Below are positions 8,852 through 17,444 of a stretch of 30,654 bases of DNA, piece after piece (the stretch's first letter is position 1; each line of letters begins with the position of its first letter). Under the pieces are notes generated by a model. It saw only the letters and a list, made by a program, of their open reading frames with translations, made no database searches and was not told where the DNA came from. This DNA is from an uncultured Phycisphaeraceae bacterium. Its GTDB lineage: Bacteria; Planctomycetota; Phycisphaerae; Phycisphaerales; UBA1924. The translations under genes were made by a program, and so were the position numbers. Location of the stretch: the NCBI GenBank assembly GCA_964567955.1, contig CAZMPE010000001.1, forward strand, positions 1 to 30,654. Reading direction: 5' to 3'.

Positions 8852-9547
8852 ATGAGAGCGAACACGCTGATGGCCGGGCTCGCGGCGATCCTGATCGGCG
8901 CCTCCGGCGCGATGGGGCAGGAAGCGCCGACGCCCCCCGCGCCGCCGCCGGCCGAGCCGCCCAGGGACGAGCTGCCGACGCTCGACGATCTGCTCGGTCT
9001 CCCGCAAGCGCCCGACGCCGCCCGTCGCACGCCGGGAACGGACCCGGCGTCGACGGAACTCGAGCGCAAGCTGTCGATGCGCGAAGCCGCGCAGCAATTC
9101 AAGCAGGCCGTCGTGCTCATGAGCGAAACGGCCGACCGCATCCGCGGCGCGGGCGATACCGGCATCGCCACCCAGCGCCTGCAGGAGGATGTGGTCCGCA
9201 AGCTCGACATGCTGATCCAGGCCGCGGAGCAGAACTCGCAGCAGAGCCAGCAGTCCTCCTCGTCCTCGTCCTCCGGCGACCCCGACCGGCAGAGCCAGCC
9301 CAACCAGCAGCGCCCCGAGCAGGGCGAGCAGCAGCAGAACCAGGGCGACAACCGTGCCGAGGCGACCCCGCCGGGACGCGCCGAGGGCGCGCTCGACCCC
9401 AACCTCGCCGCACGCGGCGCCGCCTGGGGCTCGCTGCCCGCGCGGGTGCGCGACGCCCTGATGCAGGGCACGCAGGAGCAGTACAGCTCGGTCTACCAGC
9501 GCCTGACCGAGGCCTATTACCGCAAACTCGCGGAGTCCCCGAAATGA
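8852..9547 (+). CDS. Secreted Gln/Ser-rich hypothetical protein with conserved C-terminal WGxLP...Y...YY..LA helix
   Basis: Signal peptide (MRANTLMAGLAAILIGASGAMG), helical hairpin, low-complexity QS tract; starts 1 nt after upstream stop. Confidence 0.75.
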   Translation: MRANTLMAGLAAILIGASGAMGQEAPTPPAPPPAEPPRDELPTLDDLLGLPQAPDAARRTPGTDPASTELERKLSMREAAQQFKQAVVLMSETADRIRGAGDTGIATQRLQEDVVRKLDMLIQAAEQNSQQSQQSSSSSSSGDPDRQSQPNQQRPEQGEQQQNQGDNRAEATPPGRAEGALDPNLAARGAAWGSLPARVRDALMQGTQEQYSSVYQRLTEAYYRKLAESPK

Positions 9548-10614
9548 ACCGCGCCTGGCCCGCCGTCATCCTCGCCGCCGGCCTCGCGCTGCCGGTGTCC
9601 GCGCGCCAGGAGGCCGTCCGCGCCGACGGCGGCACCAGCGCCCAGAACAACGCCCTCGCCGACGAGATCACGCCCGAACTCGACGCCGCCGTCCTCAAGG
9701 GGCTCAAGTACCTCGCCGCACAGCAGACCGACGACGGCTCCTTCGGCGAAGGCCGCTACGGACGCAACGTCGCCGTCACCGCCCTCGCCTGCCTCGCCTT
9801 CATGGGCGACGGGCACATGCCGGGGCGCGGCGAGTACGGCCCCATCGTTCAGAAGGGGCTCGAGTACATCCTCGCCAACTGCACCGAGAGCGGCCTCATC
9901 GCCGGCGACGCCTCCAACGGACCGATGTACGGGCACGGGTTCGCCGCGCTCTTCCTCGGCGAGATCTGCGGCATGACGCAGGGCGGCGGCGACACGCAGC
10001 TCGCCTCGCGCGTGCACGAAGCGCTCGTCAAGGCGATCCACCTGATCGAGAAGACGCAGAACGAGCAGGGCGGCTGGCGCTACAACCCCGTCCCCTACGA
10101 CGCGGATGTCAGCGTCACCATCTGCCAGATCATGGCTCTGCGGTCCGCGCGCAACGCCGGGCTCGAGGTCTCCAAGCAGACCATCGACCGCGCCGTCGAG
10201 TACGTCCGCCGGTGCCAGAACCCCGACGGCGGCTTCAAGTACCAGCTCGAGAGCGGCTCGAGCGGCTGGCCCCGCTCCGCCGCGGGCGTCGCCAGCCTGT
10301 ACTACGCCGGCATCTACCAGGACGACGCGATCGACAAGGGTATCGAGTACCTCAAGCGCGAGGCCCTCCCCGGCGCGACCGCCCCGTCCCGGGCCCATTA
10401 CTACTACGGACACTACTACGCCGTGCAGGCCATGTACCTCGCCGGCGGGGACCACTGGTCCAAGTGGTGGCCCGCGATCCGCACCGAACTGCTCGCCGAA
10501 CAGTCCGGTGAGGGGGGTTGGGAGGATCGCAGCGTCGGTCCCAGTTATGCCACCTCCATGAGCCTCATCATCCTCCAGATGCCCAAGCGGTATCTGCCGA
10601 TCTTCCAGAAGTAG
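9544..10614 (+). CDS. Secreted prenyltransferase/squalene oxidase repeat protein ((alpha/alpha)6 barrel)
   Basis: QW-like repeats QQTDDGSF, TQNEQGGWRY, CQNPDGGFKY, EQSGEGGW; signal peptide; ATGA overlap with upstream gene. Confidence 0.85.
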   Translation: MNRAWPAVILAAGLALPVSARQEAVRADGGTSAQNNALADEITPELDAAVLKGLKYLAAQQTDDGSFGEGRYGRNVAVTALACLAFMGDGHMPGRGEYGPIVQKGLEYILANCTESGLIAGDASNGPMYGHGFAALFLGEICGMTQGGGDTQLASRVHEALVKAIHLIEKTQNEQGGWRYNPVPYDADVSVTICQIMALRSARNAGLEVSKQTIDRAVEYVRRCQNPDGGFKYQLESGSSGWPRSAAGVASLYYAGIYQDDAIDKGIEYLKREALPGATAPSRAHYYYGHYYAVQAMYLAGGDHWSKWWPAIRTELLAEQSGEGGWEDRSVGPSYATSMSLIILQMPKRYLPIFQK

Positions 10615-10639
10615 CCCCGATCCGTTCACGCCGAATGCC

Positions 10640-11863
10640 ATGAACCATCCGTCTGTTCGAGCCCGGTCCCTGGTCGTGTGCGCCGCCGCGCTCGGCGCCG
10701 CGTCGTACGCCGGAGCGCAGAGCGCCCCGCGCATCCTGCTCGACCGCGACCTGCGCGAGCGCACCGTCACGCTGACAGGCCTGGACAACCGGACCATCAC
10801 CTACAGCGACGAGTCCGGCCTGCTCCGCACCGAGTCCGTCTCCGAGTACGTCGCCGTCCTCGCGCCCGCGGCGCCCGACGTGCCCGAGGGAACGTCCATG
10901 ATCTGGTTCACCGACGGCCGGCGGCTCACCGGTTCGGTCCGCCCCGCCGAGGGAGACGCGCTCAACTGGTCGCATCCCGTTTTCGGAGTCGTCCGTGTCC
11001 GCCTCGACGATGTCCGGCGCCTCTTCCTCGCCGACGCCGCGCCCGCCGCGGCAAAGCCGGAGCCCCCGCAGGGCGAAGACCTGATCGTGCTCCTGAACGG
11101 CGATCGCCTGACCGGTTTCGTGGATTCCATCGGCTCGCCGATCGTCCTCGAGGTCGGGGGCCAGCCGCGCGAGATCCCGCTCGATCGCGTCGCGGAGGTG
11201 CGCCTGGCCAACCCGATCGCGCGTGCCCGCGGCATGACGGTCTGGCTCGCCGACGGCAGCGCCGTGGGCGTCGCCTCGATCCGCACGAACCGCGCGGGCG
11301 AGACGCGCATCGTCCCGCGATGGAACGCCAACGCCGAGGACCCCCGCCAGCCCACCGAATCGCCCGAGGACCCCGGCGCCGCGGTCCCGCTCGCCGACAT
11401 CATCGCCGTCGCCTTCGACGCCGAGCGGCTGATCCCGCTGGCCTCGACGCCCGTGCGTGACCAGCGCCCCGCCGCCGGGCGCCCGTGGGCCGAGTCGATC
11501 TCGACGGGCGACGCCGCCTCGGCCCTTCTCGGCGCGCCCGATGTCATCCTTCCCGGCCCGATGACCGTCGAGTGGGACCTGCCCGCCTCCGCTTCGCGCT
11601 TCGGCTGCACGGTCGAACTGCCCAGCGCCATGCGGACGTGGGGCGATTGCGAACTGGTGGTGTCCATCGTGGGCGCGGACGGAAAGAGTTCCGAGGTCTT
11701 CCGGCGGCGCCTGAACGCCGACGCCCCGACCGCCTCGGTCAACGTCGCGCTCAAGGGCTCGTCGCGCCTGCGCATCGCGGTCGAGGCGGGCGAGTACGGC
11801 CCGATCCAGGACCGCCTCGTGCTGCACCGGGCACTCGTGCTCGTCGACCGCTCGCCCGGCTAA
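10640..11863 (+). CDS. Secreted protein with repeated small beta modules and C-terminal NPCBM/NEW2-like domain
   Basis: Signal peptide; repeats IWFTDGRRLTG / IVLLNGDRLTG / VWLADGS; C-terminal RFGCTVE...WGDCELVV...DG...VNVALKG...LRIAVEAG..G...D pattern of NPCBM. Confidence 0.6.
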   Translation: MNHPSVRARSLVVCAAALGAASYAGAQSAPRILLDRDLRERTVTLTGLDNRTITYSDESGLLRTESVSEYVAVLAPAAPDVPEGTSMIWFTDGRRLTGSVRPAEGDALNWSHPVFGVVRVRLDDVRRLFLADAAPAAAKPEPPQGEDLIVLLNGDRLTGFVDSIGSPIVLEVGGQPREIPLDRVAEVRLANPIARARGMTVWLADGSAVGVASIRTNRAGETRIVPRWNANAEDPRQPTESPEDPGAAVPLADIIAVAFDAERLIPLASTPVRDQRPAAGRPWAESISTGDAASALLGAPDVILPGPMTVEWDLPASASRFGCTVELPSAMRTWGDCELVVSIVGADGKSSEVFRRRLNADAPTASVNVALKGSSRLRIAVEAGEYGPIQDRLVLHRALVLVDRSPG

Positions 11864-13035
11864 CGCATCTTGATCGAGGTCAGCGCGATCACCACCAGCA
11901 GAACGCTGATGATCCAGAATCGCGCGACCACCTGCTGCTCCGTCCACCCGCCCAGGTGCAGGTGATGGTGGTACGGCGCGCAGCGGAAGATCCGCTTCCC
12001 GCCCGACGCCTTGAAATACGCGACCTGCAGCGTCACCGACGCGATCTCCGCCAGGAAGACGCCGCACATCACCAGCAGCACCACCTCCTGCCGGATCACC
12101 ACCGCCCCGTACCCCAGCAGCCCGCCGAGGCACAGCGACCCCGTGTCCCCCATGAAGACCTGCGCCGGCGAACAGTTCCACCACAGGAACCCCAGGCTCG
12201 CCCCGACCATCGCCCCGCAGACCACCGCCAGCTCGTCGGCGCGATAGATGTACGGCACCAGCAGCGTCTGCGCCGCCGCCTGGTCGCCCGCGATCAGCGT
12301 CAGCACCAGCAGACCCAGACCGACCGCCACCGTCACGCCGGACGCCAGCCCGTCCATCCCGTCCGTGATGTTCACCGCGTTGCTCATCCCCGCCGTCATC
12401 AGCACCGCGATCAAGATGAACACGCCCTGCGGCAGGAAGATCAGCGCCGGGTTGAGCGTCGCCGCCTTGTCGAGGTACGTCTTCTGGAACGGCAGGTTGA
12501 GCACGTGCGCCAGGTCCGCCGCCGTCCCCGGCGAATCCCCCGCGCGATAGGCGAACATCCCGATCAGCAGGCCCAGGCCGATCTGAAAGACCAGCTTCTC
12601 CCACGCGTACAGGCCCTGCCGGCTCTTGAGCCCGCGCCGGGCCGAGGTCAGCTTCAGCCAGTCATCCACCCCTCCAAGGACCGCCAGCCAGACCAGCACG
12701 ATCAGCGCCGTGTAGACGTAGAAGTGGCTGATGTCCGCCAGCAGCAGCACCGACGCCCCGATCGCCCCCGCGATCAGGATGCCGCCCATCGTCGGCGTGT
12801 TCGCCTTGGACACCGCGCTCTTGCGCAGCGCCTCCGCGTCCGTCAGCCCCGTGTCGCCGATCTTCATCTTCGTCAGCCACGCGATCGTCCGCCGGCCGAA
12901 GAAGATCACGATCAGGAACGCGAGAAACGCCGCCGCCAGCGCCCGGAACTGGATCTGGTCGAGAATCTGCAGCGCCCACAGCAGATCGTGGTCGGCCAGC
13001 CAGTCGCGGATCTTGTCGTAGAGGATGTACAGCAT
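11860..13035 (-). CDS. mraY: Phospho-N-acetylmuramoyl-pentapeptide transferase
   Basis: TPTMGG, DDWLK, NAVNITDGMDGLA, FMGDTGSLCLG, APYHHHL motifs; multiple TM helices. Confidence 0.97.
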   Translation of the reverse strand: MLYILYDKIRDWLADHDLLWALQILDQIQFRALAAAFLAFLIVIFFGRRTIAWLTKMKIGDTGLTDAEALRKSAVSKANTPTMGGILIAGAIGASVLLLADISHFYVYTALIVLVWLAVLGGVDDWLKLTSARRGLKSRQGLYAWEKLVFQIGLGLLIGMFAYRAGDSPGTAADLAHVLNLPFQKTYLDKAATLNPALIFLPQGVFILIAVLMTAGMSNAVNITDGMDGLASGVTVAVGLGLLVLTLIAGDQAAAQTLLVPYIYRADELAVVCGAMVGASLGFLWWNCSPAQVFMGDTGSLCLGGLLGYGAVVIRQEVVLLVMCGVFLAEIASVTLQVAYFKASGGKRIFRCAPYHHHLHLGGWTEQQVVARFWIISVLLVVIALTSIKMR

Positions 13036-13061
13036 GAAAGGCCGGCGCCACGAGCCGGAAG

Positions 13062-14483
13062 TCAGCCCGGGCCGGTCAGACTATCACGGGCACGCAACGC
13101 CGCGGCGACCCGCTCCAGGCGCATCCGGCGTGACCCTTTGAGCAGCACGGTGTCCCCCGGGCGCAGCACGTCCGCCGCGGCCGCCACGTGGACGTCGTCG
13201 GTGTCGGCGATCACGATCGCCCCGGTGTCGCCCACGGCCCTGGCCGCACGGGCCATGTTCGGGCCCACCAGCACCAGCAGGTCCGCCGCACCGCGCCCGC
13301 GGATCTCCCGGATCAGGTCCTCGTGCGCGCCGTCGGAGTGCTCGCCCAGCTCGAGCATGTCCCCCAGGACGGCGACACGCCGCCCGCCGCCGATGTCGTT
13401 GAGCGTGATGATCGCGGCCGCCATCGAGTCGGGGTTGGCGTTGTACGCGTCGTTGATCACCCGCACGCCGTGGATCGTCGAAGATTCCAGCCGCATCTCC
13501 GCCCCGCGCACCGCGTCCAGCCCCGCCTGCAGCGCCCCGTTCTCCACTCCGAACCGCCGGCCCACCGCGATCGCCGCCGTCGCATTGAGCGCGTTGTGCC
13601 GCCCGAGCAGCGGCACGCGGAACGCCCCGCGCTCGTTCACCGTGAACGTCACTCCCGACCCGTCCTGCCGGACGTCCCCGGCCCGCAGGTCCGCGCCGCT
13701 CCCCGTCCCGAACGTCACCAGGTTGAACGGCGCCCGACCGTCCGGACCCGCCCTGAACCGCTCGCCGATCACCTCCAGCAGGAACGGCGCGTCGGCGTTG
13801 ACGACGGCCAGCCCGCCCTGGCGCAGCGACGCCAGCTGCGAGGCCTCCTCCTCCGCCACGCCGCGCAGCGACGACAGGCCTTCGAGGTGCTCGCGCCCGA
13901 CCCCGGTGATGACCGCCACATCAGCGCCGACCACCCGAGCCAGCTCGTCCACTTCGCCGGGCGCGTTCGTCCCGACCTCGCACACCAGGTACTGGTCGCC
14001 CGGACGCGCCCCGAAGATCGTCAGCGGCACGCCCACGTGGTTGTTGAAGCTCTTCACCGACGCCGACCCGCGCAGCCCGCGCGACAGGATCGCGTCGATC
14101 AGCCGCGACGTCGTCGTCTTCCCGTTCGAGCCCGTCACCGCGATCACCCGCGTGCCGTCCAGCGTCTTGCGGTACGCCGCGCCCAGCTTCAGAAGCGCAC
14201 GGCGCGTCCCGGCGACCCGCAGCACGCCGCAGTTGGGCGCCACCGGCGAATCCGGCGCCTCCTCGACGATCGCCAGCGCCGCACCCGCCCGCGCCGCATC
14301 GCCCACGTGCAGGTGCCCGTCCGTGCGATCTCCACGGATCGCCACGAAGATCTGCCCCGGCTTGATCGCGCGGCTGTCGGTGCTCACGGCGGGGTGGGGG
14401 TCCAGCGCCCGCGCCGACGCCGGCCGGGCCAGCCAGGTCCCGCCGAGCACGGCCCGGATGTTGTCAAACTCCCAGAAGCTCAT
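13062..14483 (-). CDS. murF: UDP-N-acetylmuramoyl-tripeptide--D-Ala-D-Ala ligase
   Basis: STDSR, AVTGSNGKTTT P-loop, SFNNHVGVPLT, NDAYNANPDSM, VLGDMLELG, LLKGSR. ATG 14483 overlaps the murE stop (ATGA). Confidence 0.96.
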   Translation of the reverse strand: MSFWEFDNIRAVLGGTWLARPASARALDPHPAVSTDSRAIKPGQIFVAIRGDRTDGHLHVGDAARAGAALAIVEEAPDSPVAPNCGVLRVAGTRRALLKLGAAYRKTLDGTRVIAVTGSNGKTTTSRLIDAILSRGLRGSASVKSFNNHVGVPLTIFGARPGDQYLVCEVGTNAPGEVDELARVVGADVAVITGVGREHLEGLSSLRGVAEEEASQLASLRQGGLAVVNADAPFLLEVIGERFRAGPDGRAPFNLVTFGTGSGADLRAGDVRQDGSGVTFTVNERGAFRVPLLGRHNALNATAAIAVGRRFGVENGALQAGLDAVRGAEMRLESSTIHGVRVINDAYNANPDSMAAAIITLNDIGGGRRVAVLGDMLELGEHSDGAHEDLIREIRGRGAADLLVLVGPNMARAARAVGDTGAIVIADTDDVHVAAAADVLRPGDTVLLKGSRRMRLERVAAALRARDSLTGPG

Positions 14484-16084
14484 GCTCGACGGCCGCCCCT
14501 CGCCCGGACACCCGCCGCCTTCGCGGGCCGGCGCGTCACGATGACCGGCTTGCGCGCGCCCGGCCTGGCTCGCTTCACGGGCGCAAGCAGTTCCCGCGCG
14601 ACCTCGCGATCGTCGAAGTGCGTCCTGATCGTCCCCCCCTTGCCGTCGGAGAGGATCTGGTCGGTCTCGTGCCCCTTGCCCGCGATCAGGACGACGTCGC
14701 CCGCGCGCGCATCGGCGATCGCCCGCGCGATCGCGCTCCTCCGGTCGGCGTCGACAACCGTTCCCCTCCGCTGGCGCGCCGGCACGCCCGCGATGATCTC
14801 GTCGATGATCGCCGACGGCTCCTCCGTCCGCGGATTGTCGCTGGTGATGTACACCGCGTCCGCTAGCTCCGCCGCCGCCGCGCCCATCCGCGCCCGCTTC
14901 GTCCGGTCGCGGTCCCCGCCGCATCCGAAGACGACCCGCAGCGTGCCGCCCTTGTCCATCAGCGGACGGATCGCCCCCAGCACCTGCCGCAGCGCGTCAT
15001 CGGTGTGCGCGTAGTCCACGAGGACGGAATACGGATGGCGCGCCCCGGTCACCACCTCCAGCCGCCCCGGCGGCGCCGCCGCGTGCTCAAGAGCCTCAGC
15101 GATATCCGCCGTCTTCACGCCCGCGCCGTGACACGCCGCCGCCGCCTGCAGCGCATTCATCACGTTGTGACGCCCGACCAGCGGCAACAGGCAGGTGATC
15201 GCCCCCCACGGGCCGGCAAAGGCCGCCCGCGTACCCGCCATGGTCATCGCTCTGATCGACGCGCGGCACTCGCCCGCCTTCACCTTGCGTCCGACCGCCG
15301 CGCCGATCGTGCACCGCAGCACCGGCGCCCGGCAGTCGCGGATCATCCGCGCCGACGCCCGATCGTCCGCGTTCACGATCGCCAGCCCGTTCTCCGGAAG
15401 CATCGCGAACAGCTTCGCCTTCGCGTCCGCGTACTTCTCCATCGTCCCGTGGTAGTCGAGGTGGTCCCCCGTCAGGTTCGTGAAGACACCGATCTTGAAC
15501 GCCAGCGCCGCCGGCCGCTCCTGGTCCAGCGCGTGACTCGAGACCTCCATCACCGCCGCGCGGCAGCCGGAATCCACCATCACCCCGAACGTGCGGCTCA
15601 GCTCCGTCGCCGGCGGCGTGGTCAGGATCGACGGCGCGATTTCAGCGCCGTCGTCGATCAGCACGGTCCCCATCAGCCCGCAGCGCACCCCGCACCGGTT
15701 GAGGATCTGGTGGATCAGGTGCGCCGTCGTCGTCTTCCCGTTCGTCCCGGTCACCCCGATCAGCGTCAGTCGCCCGGAGGCGGAGCCATAGAACCGCTCC
15801 GCGATCTGCGCCGCCGCCAGCTCGACGCCCGTGCCGGCCAGCAGCAGCGCCGCACCGGACCCCTCCGGAAGCCGGAGCGACCGGTCATCCGTCAGCACCG
15901 CGACCGCGCCCGCGTCCAGCGCCGCCCGCACGAACTCCCGCCCGTCGGCCTTCTGGCCCGTCCGCGCGATGAAGAGCGAACCGGTCACCACCGTCCGGCT
16001 GTCGTCCGTGATGTCGCAGATGCGGATCGCGCCGGCGGCGGCCGTACGGATGTTCAGTCCCGCGATCAGGTCGGCGAGCATCAT
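14480..16084 (-). CDS. murE: UDP-N-acetylmuramoyl-L-alanyl-D-glutamate--2,6-diaminopimelate ligase
   Basis: GVTGTNGKTTT, MEVSSHALDQ, FTNLTGDHLDYH, VDYAHT, VFGCGGDRD, SDNPR, IAGKGHE. Confidence 0.97.
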   Translation of the reverse strand: MMLADLIAGLNIRTAAAGAIRICDITDDSRTVVTGSLFIARTGQKADGREFVRAALDAGAVAVLTDDRSLRLPEGSGAALLLAGTGVELAAAQIAERFYGSASGRLTLIGVTGTNGKTTTAHLIHQILNRCGVRCGLMGTVLIDDGAEIAPSILTTPPATELSRTFGVMVDSGCRAAVMEVSSHALDQERPAALAFKIGVFTNLTGDHLDYHGTMEKYADAKAKLFAMLPENGLAIVNADDRASARMIRDCRAPVLRCTIGAAVGRKVKAGECRASIRAMTMAGTRAAFAGPWGAITCLLPLVGRHNVMNALQAAAACHGAGVKTADIAEALEHAAAPPGRLEVVTGARHPYSVLVDYAHTDDALRQVLGAIRPLMDKGGTLRVVFGCGGDRDRTKRARMGAAAAELADAVYITSDNPRTEEPSAIIDEIIAGVPARQRRGTVVDADRRSAIARAIADARAGDVVLIAGKGHETDQILSDGKGGTIRTHFDDREVARELLAPVKRARPGARKPVIVTRRPAKAAGVRARGGRRA

Positions 16085-16159
16085 CGCAGCGCAATCTCCG
16101 GAGTCGAACGTGCCCGGTTCTATCGGAGCGCACCCGAGAGCCGGGGTAGTTTTGCACGC

Positions 16160-17251
16160 TCAGGGCAGGATCAGCATGGCGTCCCCGAAACTGTAGAACC
16201 GGTACCGGGCCGCGATCGCCGCCGCGTAGATCTCCCGCACCCGCTCCACACCCCCGGGGAAGAGCGCCGCCACCATCGCCAGCAGCGTCGACCGCGGCAG
16301 GTGGAAGTTCGTCAGCAGCCCGTCGGTCCACCGCCACGCGTACCCCGGCGTGATCAGCAGCCGCGTCTCCATCGCCTCCCCCATCGGTCGCGCCGCCGCG
16401 AACGACTCGACCGTCCTCGCCGACGTCGTCCCGACGCAGATGACGCGCCGCCCGCCCGCCCGGGCCGCCTCCACCGCCGCGCACGCCCCCGACGACATCC
16501 CGCACCACTCCGAGTGCATCCCGTGCTGCTCGACGAACTCGGCCGAGACCGGCAGGAACGTCCCCGTCCCGACATGCAGCGTCACGTCCACCCGTTCGAC
16601 ACCCGTACGAGCCAGGCTCTCCAGCAGGCCCGCCGTGAAGTGCAGCCCCGCCGTCGGTGCCGCCACCGACCCGGGCGCCCGCGCGTACACCGTCTGGTAC
16701 CGCTCCCGGTCGGTCGAGTCACCGACCGTCATGCCCGCCGATCGGCGAGCCTTCAAGATGTACGGCGGCAGCGGCGTCCACCCCGCCCGCTCGAGCGCCG
16801 CCGCGCCGGTCTCGCCCGGCGCACCCCGCACCCGGACCGCCCACGCTCCGCGCTCCTCCGCCTTCGCCGCCAGTTCAAGCGTCACTCCGCAGGCCCGCTC
16901 CGACGCATCGAGCAGCTCGACGGTGACGCCCGCGCGCAAGCTCTTGCCCTGCAGCATCGCCACCCATTCTTCCGCCGTGCCCGCCGGCGGGTGCAGACAC
17001 AACCCCTCGACCCGTCCGCCCGTGTCCGCCCGCCGCCCGACCAGCCGCGCCGGCACCACGCGCGTCGAGTTGAACACCAGGCAATCGCCCGCTCGCAGCA
17101 GCGACGGCAGGTCGCGCACACGCCGGTGCTCCAGCCGCGACGAGTCCGAGCGGCTCACCACCAGCAGCCGGGCGCTGTCGCGCGGCTCGACCGCCGTCGT
17201 CGCGATCAGCTCCTGCGGCAGGTCATAGTCAAGATCGGAGGTCCGCAGCAC
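16160..17251 (-). CDS. queA: S-adenosylmethionine:tRNA ribosyltransferase-isomerase
   Basis: DYDLPQELIA, VFNSTRVVPARL, PLPPYI, YQTVYA, GSVAAPTAGLHFT, TLHVGTGTF, VGTTS, TNFHLPRSTL, FYSFGDAMLI. Confidence 0.97.
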   Translation of the reverse strand: MLRTSDLDYDLPQELIATTAVEPRDSARLLVVSRSDSSRLEHRRVRDLPSLLRAGDCLVFNSTRVVPARLVGRRADTGGRVEGLCLHPPAGTAEEWVAMLQGKSLRAGVTVELLDASERACGVTLELAAKAEERGAWAVRVRGAPGETGAAALERAGWTPLPPYILKARRSAGMTVGDSTDRERYQTVYARAPGSVAAPTAGLHFTAGLLESLARTGVERVDVTLHVGTGTFLPVSAEFVEQHGMHSEWCGMSSGACAAVEAARAGGRRVICVGTTSARTVESFAAARPMGEAMETRLLITPGYAWRWTDGLLTNFHLPRSTLLAMVAALFPGGVERVREIYAAAIAARYRFYSFGDAMLILP

Positions 17252-17444
17252 GCCCTGTCCCCTGTGACCCGCCGATCACTCGACGCCACGCGCCGTGTTG
17301 ATCCCGTGCATCACACGTCGCATCCGGCCCGGTCGCCATCGGGCCGATCCACGCGCCCCGTCCGGCCACGCGGCCGAAGCAGGCGATTCTATCGGACGCG
17401 CGCCGGCCCCCGTCGCGCGGCACGCCATTCGGACGGAGTGGAGC

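Noticed and set aside
3664-9471. 1935-aa minus-strand ORF
   Set aside because: Antisense shadow of GC3-biased plus-strand genes; no motifs; fully overlaps well-supported CDSs.
9544-10614. Squalene-hopene cyclase call
   Set aside because: Too short (single barrel), has a signal peptide, and lacks DxDD.
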